From Oleidesulfovibrio alaskensis DSM 16109 (GTDB lineage Bacteria; Desulfobacterota; Desulfovibrionia; Desulfovibrionales; Desulfovibrionaceae), in NCBI RefSeq assembly GCF_000482745.1, contig NZ_AXWQ01000007.1:122865-154864 (forward strand): a DNA stretch of 32,000 nt, written 5' to 3'. The translations under genes and the position numbers were made by a program. The notes beneath the pieces were generated by a model. It saw only the letters and a program-made list of their open reading frames with translations. It was not told where the DNA came from and ran no database searches. Shown here one piece after another: positions 16,503-24,996 of this stretch. Position 1 is the stretch's first letter, and each line of letters begins with the position of its first letter.

Positions 16503-18997
16503 ATCCCATTGAGAAACTGTGTAGGGACGAGGCCGGCAACTCTGCCGTGCTTCAGGGGAACATCGCTTTTGCCGTGGGCTGCGTGCGCGCCGGCATCCAT
16601 GCCGCGGACGGTTATCCCGGCACACCCAGTTCCGAAGTGATAGATAAAGGCCTTTCGCAGGTGCAGGACATGATCGCCGTGGGATGGTCCGTCAGCGAGG
16701 CCGTGGCCGCCGGTGTGGGGCACGGACATTCTCTGGCCGGACGCGACTGCGTCGTGACCATGAAAATACCCGGCCTGTATCAGGCGGGTGACATATTCAC
16801 CAGCGTGGCCACCTATACCGCTGACCGCGGCGGGCTGATATTTTATGTGGCCGCCGACTATACACCCAGTTCCACGCAGCACGTCATCGACCCCCGCTAC
16901 CTGTACAAAAGCTGCTTTGTTCCCGTTTTCGAGCCGCGAACCCATCAGGAACTGCACGAGTCGGCGCTGGTGGCGGTGGAAATAGCCCGCCGGTTCAATA
17001 CGCCCGTGGTTATCCAGCCCAGCGGCGTGCTGTGCCACAGCGAAGGCCTCGTGCGCATGATGCCCGTCACTTCCCGCGAGCCTGCTCCGGTGTCTCCGCT
17101 GCGGCTGCAGAACTCTCTGCCCGTGTTTGCCCGCGCCAACTACGACAAAGTTATGGCCGAACGCATGCCCGGTCTGCTGGAAATGGTGGAGCAGAGCCCC
17201 CTCAATGTGCATATCAAAGGTTCGGGCAAGCGCGGTGTCATCACCCACGGCATCAACTCCATGTACATGGATGAGTACCGGGCGCTGTTCGACAACGACA
17301 TCGATATCCTCTCGCTGGGATTCACCAACCCGCTGCCCATGGAAAAAATCCGCAATTTCTGCGAATCCATCGAAGGCGAAGTGTTTGTCATCGAGGACGG
17401 CTACCGCTTTATTCAGGAAGCATGCGGTGCCGCAGGTCTGAAGGTGACCGGCAAGGAAGAATACAGCAACGTGACGGAATGGACGCCTGCCAGCATTGCG
17501 GCATTTCTGGGCCAGCAGGCCGCGGCGGCTCCCCGTCCGCAGGCTGCGCCTGTGCCGCGTCCGCCCATGATATGCGCCGGATGCCCGTACCGCCTGTTCG
17601 GCGAAGTGGTTGCCCGTATGAAGCGCAAAGGCGAGATTGAAGCCGTTTTCGGTGACATAGGCTGTAATACGCTGCTGTATTTTCTGGGTGCGCTTGATAC
17701 AGGCCTTGCCATGGGCGCCAGCGAAAGCAAGCGTACCGGCTATGTTCTTTCCAAGCCCGAATCGGTGAGCAAATGCATCAGCCTGCTGGGCGACGGCACA
17801 GAATGCCACAGTGGCATGGATGCCACCAGAAATGCCGTGTTCCGCAACGTGGCCGGTGTAAAGGTGGTGCTGGACAACGAATGGACAGCCATGACCGGCG
17901 GTCAGCCCGGTCCTACTTCTCCCGTCAACCTTGCGGGCGACCCCACACGGTTTGATCTTGTGGCATCGCTCAAGGCGCAGGGGGCGGAAGTGGCGCTCAT
18001 CGACGCATACGACATGAAAAGCGTGCGCAAAGGGCTCAGGGCAGCGTTGAAAGCCGCGGAAGACGGCACCTTTACCACGCTTGTCATCCGCGGCACCTGT
18101 ATCCGCAAGGTACCCGCAGCCGATTACGGCCAGAAGCTTATCGTGGATACCGAAAAATGCGTACAGTGCGGCGCGTGCAATATCTGCTCGGGCATTCAGC
18201 CTGATGAAAACGGTGTGCCTTTCTGGAACAACCTGTGCACCGGCTGCGTTTCCAAGACTCCGGCCTGTCTGCAGATGTGCCCCAAGGGTGCCATAGCGGT
18301 GGATACCGAATGCAGCACCGGCGCCTGTGCCGAAAAGCCCGTACTGCCCGAAGCTCCTGAACATATCGATGTGCCTGTGCTTACCGATGCCCAGCGTCCC
18401 GCTCGTCTCAGCCTCGGGATCCGCGGTGTGGGCGGGCAGGGCAACCTGTTCTTCGGCAAGGCGCTGGCGCAGATGGCGTTCATCGCCGGTTACGGCGAAA
18501 AGAATATCCTGAAGGGCGAAACCCACGGTATGGCCCAGATGGGCGGTCCCGTCATTTCCACATTTGCCTGCGGCGACGTGCACAGCACCCAGTTTGTGCC
18601 GGGTACGGCTGATGCGCTTATCGTCATGGAGCAAAGCGAAGTGCTGCGCCCCGGTTTTCTTGATATGCTGCGCCCCGAAGGCACTGTTCTGCTGGCGGAA
18701 ACCGTCATTGTGCCGCAGGGCTTCGACCCGGAAAAATACCCCACCAGACAGGCCATTGACGAGCTGCTTTCGGGCTGCAACGTGGTGCGTATCGACGTGC
18801 TGAAGATGGCCCTTGCACTGGGAGACGAACGCGGCCGCTGCGCCAACGTGGTCATGCTGGGTGCGCTCAGCAGGCTGTCGCCGTTTGACGCCTTCCCCGT
18901 TGAGGTATGGCTGCAGGCGCTTAAAAAAGTCAGCCCCCGTCCCGCGGTATGGACACTGAACCACGCCGCCTTTCTGCAGGGGCGCACACTGGTGTAG
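16499..18997 (+). CDS. Fused IorA-IorB-type 2-oxoacid (indolepyruvate/arylpyruvate):ferredoxin oxidoreductase
   Basis: 832 aa. IorA-like N-terminus (LQGNIAFAVGCVRAGIHAADGYPGTPSSEVID), a TPP-binding region (GDIGCNTL ... LLGDGTECHSGMDA...VLDNEWTAMTGGQP), two ferredoxin-type Cys motifs (CVQCGACNICSG; CTGC...CLQMCPKGAI), then an IorB/gamma-type domain (LGIRGVGGQGNLFFGKALAQ). GTG start with a strong RBS. Confidence 0.85.
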   Translation: MNPIEKLCRDEAGNSAVLQGNIAFAVGCVRAGIHAADGYPGTPSSEVIDKGLSQVQDMIAVGWSVSEAVAAGVGHGHSLAGRDCVVTMKIPGLYQAGDIFTSVATYTADRGGLIFYVAADYTPSSTQHVIDPRYLYKSCFVPVFEPRTHQELHESALVAVEIARRFNTPVVIQPSGVLCHSEGLVRMMPVTSREPAPVSPLRLQNSLPVFARANYDKVMAERMPGLLEMVEQSPLNVHIKGSGKRGVITHGINSMYMDEYRALFDNDIDILSLGFTNPLPMEKIRNFCESIEGEVFVIEDGYRFIQEACGAAGLKVTGKEEYSNVTEWTPASIAAFLGQQAAAAPRPQAAPVPRPPMICAGCPYRLFGEVVARMKRKGEIEAVFGDIGCNTLLYFLGALDTGLAMGASESKRTGYVLSKPESVSKCISLLGDGTECHSGMDATRNAVFRNVAGVKVVLDNEWTAMTGGQPGPTSPVNLAGDPTRFDLVASLKAQGAEVALIDAYDMKSVRKGLRAALKAAEDGTFTTLVIRGTCIRKVPAADYGQKLIVDTEKCVQCGACNICSGIQPDENGVPFWNNLCTGCVSKTPACLQMCPKGAIAVDTECSTGACAEKPVLPEAPEHIDVPVLTDAQRPARLSLGIRGVGGQGNLFFGKALAQMAFIAGYGEKNILKGETHGMAQMGGPVISTFACGDVHSTQFVPGTADALIVMEQSEVLRPGFLDMLRPEGTVLLAETVIVPQGFDPEKYPTRQAIDELLSGCNVVRIDVLKMALALGDERGRCANVVMLGALSRLSPFDAFPVEVWLQALKKVSPRPAVWTLNHAAFLQGRTLV

Positions 18998-19013
18998 GCC
19001 CATGTGATACCAA

Positions 19014-19045
19014 GGCCCGGAGTGTGACGCTTCGGGCCTTTTTTT
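19014..19045 (+). terminator. Rho-independent terminator/attenuator between the oxidoreductase and the acyl-CoA synthetase
   Basis: Hairpin ggcccgga (19014-19021) / ttcgggcc (19031-19038) with a 9-nt loop, followed by a 7-T run (19039-19045). Confidence 0.6.
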
Positions 19046-19085
19046 ACCCCGCAACACACTGTAAAAAATTTGAAAGAGCCTCCGC

Positions 19086-21548
19086 ATGAGCATGACCATT
19101 CCCATTGATTATTCGCGCATAACGGATCTGTTCCGCACCGCGCGGGAAGAAGGCCGTGATTTTCTGTATGAGTACGAGGTCTACACCCTGCTTGCCAGTT
19201 CCGGAGCGGAAACCCCGCCGCGGGCGAATCTGATTCCCCGCGGGGCCAGACCCTCGGACGAGGAACTGATGGCCATTCCCGGAGACAGGGCCGTGCTCAA
19301 GATTGTCTCGCCCGCCATTGTGCATAAGACCGAAGTGGGCGGAGTGCGCATTGTGGAAAAAACGCCGGACCGCATCCGCTCCGCCATGCGGCGCATGCTG
19401 TATGAAGTGCCGGAGAATTTTGCCGCCTGCATAGAACGCGACCCCGACCATGCCCCGCTGCCGTACAGAGGCCTGCGCGGAGAAACATTACAGGCTGCCA
19501 TCAGCAGAGACCTGAAGGGGGTACTGCAGGTACAGTTCATGCCGCCGGATTCCGGTGCGTTCGGCAATGAACTTATTGTGGGCCTGCGGCGCACGCGCGA
19601 GTTCGGAACTGTGATAAGCGCCGGTCTGGGCGGTACGGATACCGAGCTGTATGCCGAGCGCTTCCGCAAAGGGCAGGCCGTTGTGGCCGCGTCCACCCAG
19701 CTGACGGACGAGGATGCTTTTTTCGAGCTGTTCCGCAAAACCATTTCGTATCGCAAGCTGGCCGGTCTGACACGGGGACAGCAGCGCATTGTCACCGATG
19801 AACAGCTGGTGGAATGCTTCGGGTCGTTCATCCGCATGGCACGTTATTTTTCCGACGCCAACCCGCAAGCGCCTTTTGTCATTGATGAGCTGGAAATAAA
19901 TCCCTTTGCATTCAGTGATTACCTGATGGTGCCGCTGGACGGCCTGTGCCGTTTCAGTGAACCGGCACAGCCGGCCAACGTCCGGCCCGTGGCAAAAATA
20001 GACAGACTGCTGCACCCGCGGTCGATCGGTATTGCCGGTGTTTCAGCTTCCCGCCGCAATTTCGGGCGTATTATTCTGGAAAACGTGCTCAACGAAGGTT
20101 TCGGGGCTGAAAACGTCACGGTGTTCCGTCCCGGTGCTGCTCCGGGCGATACGCAGGAAGGCGTACGCGTGCTGCCGGAACTGGCCGCGCTGGGGCTTGA
20201 TGCGGCAGGCGGCAAGGTGGCGCCGCAGAATGCGCTTGATCTGTTTGTAGTGGCTGTGGGGGCACAGCAGGTGCCCGATATGGTGGATGAGATCATCAGA
20301 CTGGGGGCTGCCCACAGTGTTATGCTCATACCCGGCGGCATGGGTGAAACAGAAAACAGCCGTGAACGTGCGGCGCGCGTCATAGCGCGCATCAACGATG
20401 AACACGGCAGGGGCGACGGCGGGCCGGTGTTTCTGGGCGCCAACTGCATGGGGGTGGTTTCCCGTCCGGGCCGGTATGATACATGGTTCATTCCGGAGCA
20501 GAAACTGCCCAAGGACAGAAGCGGCACCTGCCACAGGGCCGCGCTTGTCAGCCAGAGCGGCGCGTTCATGCTGCACCGCAGCAGCCAGTGCCCCGAACTG
20601 AAACCCGCCTATATGATATCCATGGGCAACCAGACAGACCTGACGCTGGGAGACATGGTCACATATTTCAAGGACAGCGATGCGGTGGATGTCATCGCTG
20701 TATACGCCGAAGGATTCAATGATCTTGACGGGCTGGCATTCTGCCGCGCTGTGCGCGAAGCTGTCATAGCCGGAAAGGAAGTTGTTTTTTACAAGGCCGG
20801 GCGCACGCCGGAAGGCCGCAGCGCCACCAGCGGACACACTGCTTCGCTGGCCGGCGATTATATGGTCTGCGAAAGCTGCGTACGTCAGGCCGGAGCCATT
20901 GTTGCCCGCACCTTTACCGAGTTTCAGGAGCTTTTTCTGCTGGCGGAGAAGCTGTACGGCAAAAAAGTGCGCGGCACCCGGCTGGCGGCTGTGAGCGGAG
21001 CGGGCTTTGAGGCCGTGGGCATGGCGGACTCCATCCAGTCCGACGATTACCGCATGGAACTGGCGTCGTTTTCCGCTTCAACAGTGGCAGCCATAAGCGA
21101 ACTGCTGCGTGGCAAAAAACTTGATGCGCTGGTTACGGTAACCAACCCGCTGGACATCAATCCCGCCGCCGATGACGAAGTGCACGCCGAAGTGGCCCGC
21201 CTGCTGGCGGCAGACCCCGCTGTGGACGCCGTTGTCATCGGACTTGACCCGCTGTCACCCGCGGTGCACACGCTGGACAGTCCCGATGTGCCGGATTTTT
21301 CCATTCATGAAGAAGGTGCCGTGACACGCCGCATCATACAGGTGGCTGCCTGCAGTGATAAGCCCGTGGTGGGCGTGGTGGACGGCGGCAGGTTGTTCGA
21401 CCCCATGCGGGCGCAGGTGCTGGCCGGCGGAGTGCCGGTGTTTTCCGTATGCGACAGGGCTGTCTCTTCACTGGCTGTGTACATAGAAGGCAGGCTGCGG
21501 GCGGACATACTGCGGGCCTGTGTCCATGACAACAGCTGCAACGGCTGA
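19086..21548 (+). CDS. ADP-forming acyl-CoA synthetase (NDP-forming acetate/aryl-acetate--CoA ligase family), fused beta-alpha order
   Basis: 820 aa. N-terminal ATP-grasp part (YEVYTLLASSG...LKIVSPAIVHKTEVGGVRIV), then a CoA-binding Rossmann part (RSIGIAGVSASRRNFGRIILENV), a phospho-His loop (SGHTASLAG) and a CoA-ligase flavodoxin-like part (RLAAVSGAGFEAVGMAD). Confidence 0.85.
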   Translation: MSMTIPIDYSRITDLFRTAREEGRDFLYEYEVYTLLASSGAETPPRANLIPRGARPSDEELMAIPGDRAVLKIVSPAIVHKTEVGGVRIVEKTPDRIRSAMRRMLYEVPENFAACIERDPDHAPLPYRGLRGETLQAAISRDLKGVLQVQFMPPDSGAFGNELIVGLRRTREFGTVISAGLGGTDTELYAERFRKGQAVVAASTQLTDEDAFFELFRKTISYRKLAGLTRGQQRIVTDEQLVECFGSFIRMARYFSDANPQAPFVIDELEINPFAFSDYLMVPLDGLCRFSEPAQPANVRPVAKIDRLLHPRSIGIAGVSASRRNFGRIILENVLNEGFGAENVTVFRPGAAPGDTQEGVRVLPELAALGLDAAGGKVAPQNALDLFVVAVGAQQVPDMVDEIIRLGAAHSVMLIPGGMGETENSRERAARVIARINDEHGRGDGGPVFLGANCMGVVSRPGRYDTWFIPEQKLPKDRSGTCHRAALVSQSGAFMLHRSSQCPELKPAYMISMGNQTDLTLGDMVTYFKDSDAVDVIAVYAEGFNDLDGLAFCRAVREAVIAGKEVVFYKAGRTPEGRSATSGHTASLAGDYMVCESCVRQAGAIVARTFTEFQELFLLAEKLYGKKVRGTRLAAVSGAGFEAVGMADSIQSDDYRMELASFSASTVAAISELLRGKKLDALVTVTNPLDINPAADDEVHAEVARLLAADPAVDAVVIGLDPLSPAVHTLDSPDVPDFSIHEEGAVTRRIIQVAACSDKPVVGVVDGGRLFDPMRAQVLAGGVPVFSVCDRAVSSLAVYIEGRLRADILRACVHDNSCNG

Positions 21549-21580
21549 CGGAGGCACTCTGTCCGGCCTGTTGACATTCA

Positions 21581-21611
21581 GCGGCCGCGGCATCAGTCGC
21601 GGCCGCATTTT
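21581..21611 (+). terminator. Possible weak terminator hairpin after the acyl-CoA synthetase gene
   Basis: 9-bp perfect stem gcggccgcg (21581-21589) / cgcggccgc (21598-21606), followed only by a short T-stretch (attttcat). Confidence 0.3.
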
Positions 21612-22246
21612 CATAGAACTGCGGACGGAGTGGCATGCTGTGTAAAGCCGATGTGACAGTGGCGGCCAGTGCGGTCGGTGCGGCCGGTGTGTGCTGCACA
21701 AAACCATTCCGTTGTTCTGTGTTCCCGCGCATACGGTCACGTTTCTGCTTCCGGCGGCGCTGCAGACACTCTTTGTCGCCCTGCCGGGCATAGTGCGGGG
21801 GGCTGCCTGCCATGGCTGCCCTGCGCAGTCCCAAAGCGCGGTCTGATTTTTTTATATCTATCCAGTCGGCCTTCCCGGGCGGCGCGGGCTGTAAAGACGC
21901 CTGTGCCGCCCTTTTTATATGCGGCACGCAAGTCCGTCACGGCATAGAGCAGTATCCGTGCGTGCGGTACCTGATGGCGTCTGTACCGGCGTTACCTTTA
22001 TTTTTTGCCGTAAACACACATGTACTTTATGATTGATAGTCAAGATGAATGGCGTGAGTGCATGCTTGAACTGTGTTCATGCAGCAGTTTTTTACAATGC
22101 ATAAAAATGACTTGTCCTTTTTATCTGTACGGGAGTAAGGCAGGCGTGTCCGTAAGCCAAGTGTAAAATGCGGCTGCTACGGAATGCAACAGCAACGCCG
22201 GAATGCAGTTACTGCTTTCCGGCATACTGCGTACAGGTGGTAAAAG

Positions 22247-24406
22247 ATGAAAGAAGTATTAACAACGTGTCCTTACTGCGGTACAGGGTGCGCTTTTTAC
22301 CTTCAGGTGCATGACGATACTGTGACAGGAGTCCGTCCGGCCGTCAGCAACACGGTGAATAAAGGCAGGCTGTGTTCCAAGGGGCATTTCGGCTTTGATT
22401 TCATTCACCATGGTGACCGGCTGAAAACTCCGCTTATCCGCAGGGATGGCCGGCTGGTGCCCTGCAGCTGGGAAGAAGCCTACGATTGTATCACATCGCG
22501 GCTTTCAGAGATTATCCGTCAGAGCGGGCCCGATGCCGTGGCAGGATTCAGTTCCGCCCGTTGTACCAACGAAGAAAATTATCTGATGCAGAAGTTCATG
22601 CGTGCGGCCGTCGGCACCAATAATGTCGACCACTGCGCCCGTCTCTGACACGCTCCCACCGTGGCCGGTCTGGCCGCAGCATTCGGAAGCGGAGCCATGA
22701 CGAATTCCATTGATGAACTGGAGAGCATGGGGGCCGGCGATGTGATTTTTGCCGTGGGTACAAACACCACGGAATGCCATCCGGTCATAGGGGCCAATAT
22801 GCTTCAGGCCGTGCGTCAGGGGGCCCGTCTGGTGGTGGCCGACCCGCGCGCTGTTACGCTTGCGGCGCACGCCGCGGTGTGGCTGCGTCTGCGTCCCGGC
22901 ACTGATGTGGCGCTGCTGAACGGCATTGCTCATGTGATTATTTCCGAAGGTCTTGCCGACGAGGCATTCATCGCGCAGCGCACCGAAGGATATGCGGCGT
23001 TCCGCGAAACCGTGCTGCGCTGCACGCCGCAAAAGGCATCGGCAATCACAGGCGTACCGGCGGACGACATCCGCTCCGCGGCACGCATTCTGGGCTGCGC
23101 CGCCAACGTCTCCACCTATTACACCATGGGCATCACGCAACACACCTCCGGCGTGGACAATGTGCGCGCCGTGGCCAACATCGCGCTGCTTACCGGTAAT
23201 GCGGGGCGGCCGGGTACAGGGGTCAATCCGTTGCGCGGACAGAACAATGTGCAGGGCGCATGCGATATGGGTGCCCTGCCCGATGTTTTGCCCGCGTACC
23301 AGCGTGTGACCGACCCTGCCGTGCGTGAGCGCTTTGCGGCCGCGTGGGGCAGAGAAGTTCCCGGAAAGCCGGGGTTGCGCATACCTGACGTGCTGCACGG
23401 GCTGGAACACGGCACTGTGCGGGCTTTGTATGTTTTTGGTGAAAATCCCATGCGCAGCGATCCTGATGTGGGCCATGTGGAACACTGTCTGGACGCTGCG
23501 GAGTTTCTGGTGGTGCAGGATATTTTTCTTACCGAGACAGCCGCAAAGGCGCATGTGGTGCTGCCGGGAGCGTCCTTTGCCGAAAAGGACGGCACGTTTT
23601 CCAGTACCGAACGCAGGGTGCAGCGCATCCGCAGGGCGGTGCCCCCCGCAGGCGGCAGCCGCCCGGACTGGCAGATACTCAGCGAGCTTCTGACCCGTAT
23701 GGGGGCAGGGCCGGAGTATGGTTCGCCGGAGGAAATATTTGACGAAATGCGGGCGCTGACCCCCAGTTACGCAGGCATAACCTATGCCCGTCTGGAAAAG
23801 GGCGGCCTGCAGTGGCCTTGCCCGGATGTTGATCATCCGGGCACGCCGGTGCTGCACCGGAACGCATTTATGCGCGGCCGGGGGGCTTTTCTTGCCGTGG
23901 AGCACCGTGAACCGGCGGAACTGCCGGATGACGCGTATCCGCTGATGCTGACCACCGGAAGGGTTGTTGCCCATTATCATACCGGCACCATGACCCGCCG
24001 CTGCTGGGGGCTGAACGGCGTGGCCCCTGAAGAGCAGGTGGAGCTGCATCCTGACGATGCGGCGCCTCTGGGAATAGCCGACGGCGATATGGTGCGGCTC
24101 ACTTCGCGCCGGGGCAGTATGACCGCGCGGGTGCATGTGACCGAAAAAACCATGCGCGGTCTGGTCTTTGTCACATTCCACTACAGCGAAAGCTGCGGCA
24201 ACGTGCTGACCAACAGCGCGGCAGACCCTGAAACAGGCACCGCGGAACTGAAAATATGTTCGGTGCGCGTGGAAAAAGCAGACCGGCAGGGCCCCTGTCC
24301 GGCGGATACCGCCGAACGGCGGCCGGTGGCGGCTGCTCAGAAACACTATTCCGAACCGGCGGTGCATCCTGCCGGAACACCGGAGAAAATATGCAATCCC
24401 AGTTGA
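22247..24406 (+). CDS. fdhF: Selenocysteine-containing cytoplasmic formate dehydrogenase (FDH-H type, Mo/W-bisPGD), UGA-134 read as Sec
   Basis: Track ORFs 22247..22648 and 22661..24406 are in the same frame and separated only by TGA 22646-22648. The joined sequence reads [30 protein letters not shown], the conserved FDH active-site context (Sec followed by His). The N-terminus MKEVLTTCPYCGTGCAFYL is the FdhF-type [4Fe-4S] motif, with no Tat signal. The joined product is 719 aa, close to E. coli FdhF in size. An AGGTGG RBS lies 6 nt upstream. Confidence 0.9.
22649..22677 (+). promoter_or_regulatory. Bacterial SECIS element directing Sec insertion at UGA 22646-22648
   Basis: 12 nt after the UGA there is a hairpin gtggcc (22661-22666) / ggccgc (22672-22677) with loop GGTCT. 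As I recall it, the E. coli fdhF SECIS has the same 12-nt spacing and the same GGUC(U) apical loop. Confidence 0.65.
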
Positions 24407-24996
24407 GTGATTTTGTGGTGGCAGATGCCTCGCGCTGCATAGGCTGCCGCGTGTGCGAGGTGGCCTGCGCCGTGGCGCACAACGCTACAGGCAAGGAACA
24501 CCCCGTGGCCGGCAATCTGGACAGCCCGTTGCTTCCCCGTCTGTATCTGGTGCGCACGCCGCTGGCCACAGCCCCTGTGCAGTGCCGTCACTGCGAGGAT
24601 GCCCCCTGCGCTGCAAGCTGCCCCGCAGGTGCCATCAGACGTAAGGACGGCGCACTGGTGGTGGAAGAGGCCCGCTGTGTGGGCTGCAAGACCTGTATGC
24701 TGGCCTGCCCGTTTGGCGCCGTGGAACTGGTGCCTGTATACGCGCAGGGTCGTGCCGTCATGCAGACCGTGCAGACAGAGGACGGGGGTGTATGCACGGT
24801 TTCTCCGGTCATGGTGGCCGTCAAATGCGATATGTGCACCGGCAGGCAGGCAGGACCGGCGTGTGTGCAGGCCTGCCCCTGCGGCGCTTTGCGCATGGCC
24901 GCGGTGAGTGATCTGCGCCGCAGACGCTGCGCGCAGGCTGCGGCCGGACTGGCAAAATACGTGACGGCATTGCATCCGGAGGACGGAAGGTCATGA
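24391..24996 (+). CDS. hycB: HycB/HydN-like poly-ferredoxin (four [4Fe-4S] binding motifs), electron-transfer subunit
   Basis: 201 aa. Cys motifs CIGCRVCEVAC, CRHCEDAPCAASCP, CVGCKTCMLACP and CDMC...CVQACP. ATG 24391 follows GGAGAA and overlaps the fdhF 3' end by 16 nt; the track start at 24256 lies inside fdhF. Confidence 0.85.
   Translation: MQSQLSDFVVADASRCIGCRVCEVACAVAHNATGKEHPVAGNLDSPLLPRLYLVRTPLATAPVQCRHCEDAPCAASCPAGAIRRKDGALVVEEARCVGCKTCMLACPFGAVELVPVYAQGRAVMQTVQTEDGGVCTVSPVMVAVKCDMCTGRQAGPACVQACPCGALRMAAVSDLRRRRCAQAAAGLAKYVTALHPEDGRS

Noticed and set aside
16463-19105. Very long antisense ORFs opposite well-supported genes, e.g. 16463..19105 (-) 880 aa, 10707..12461 (-) 584 aa, 22505..24367 (-) 620 aa, 846..1787 (-), 2121..3161 (-), 3315..4307 (-), 12409..13566 (-).
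   Set aside because: Their translations are Arg/Ala/Gly/His/Pro-rich low-complexity strings with no family motifs. Each lies opposite a gene with clear conserved motifs. Long stop-free antisense frames are expected in high-GC DNA.
21334-21927. 197-aa minus-strand ORF, and other 60-90 aa ORFs, within the acd-fdhF spacer.
   Set aside because: The 197-aa ORF would overlap the convergent acd coding region by about 215 nt. Its sequence is low-complexity (A/R/Q/P-rich) and has no RBS or family resemblance. The shorter ORFs are equally featureless.
22050-22066. Sigma54-like -24/-12 element TGGCGT-N-CATGC upstream of fdhF (E. coli fdhF is sigma54/FhlA dependent).
   Set aside because: The GG-to-GC spacing is one nucleotide too long (GG-N11-GC instead of GG-N10-GC) and the -12 box is poor. 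Similar off-by-one matches at about 14740-14760 (minus strand) and a weak one at 10616-10630 were also discarded.
22066-22080. FNR/CRP-like half sites TTGAA-N5-TTCAT in the fdhF leader, possibly bound by the Crp/Fnr regulator encoded at 14036.
   Set aside because: The half sites are not properly symmetric (TTGA-N7-TCA instead of TTGA-N6-TCAA) and the spacing does not fit either the CRP or the FNR consensus. The overlapping TGCATG-N13-CATGCA repeat is kept only as a descriptive observation.
21990-22246. Molybdenum/tungsten-cofactor (Moco/Tuco) riboswitch upstream of the formate dehydrogenase gene.
   Set aside because: I could not recognise the conserved core nucleotides of that motif by eye, and I cannot run a covariance model. 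It is listed only as something to test under the leader finding.
22661-22663. GTG at 22661, offered by the ORF track as the start of a separate 581-aa protein.
   Set aside because: It is in frame with the upstream 133-aa ORF across a single TGA at the canonical FDH Sec position. It lies within the SECIS stem, and it has no RBS. It is an internal Val codon of fdhF.
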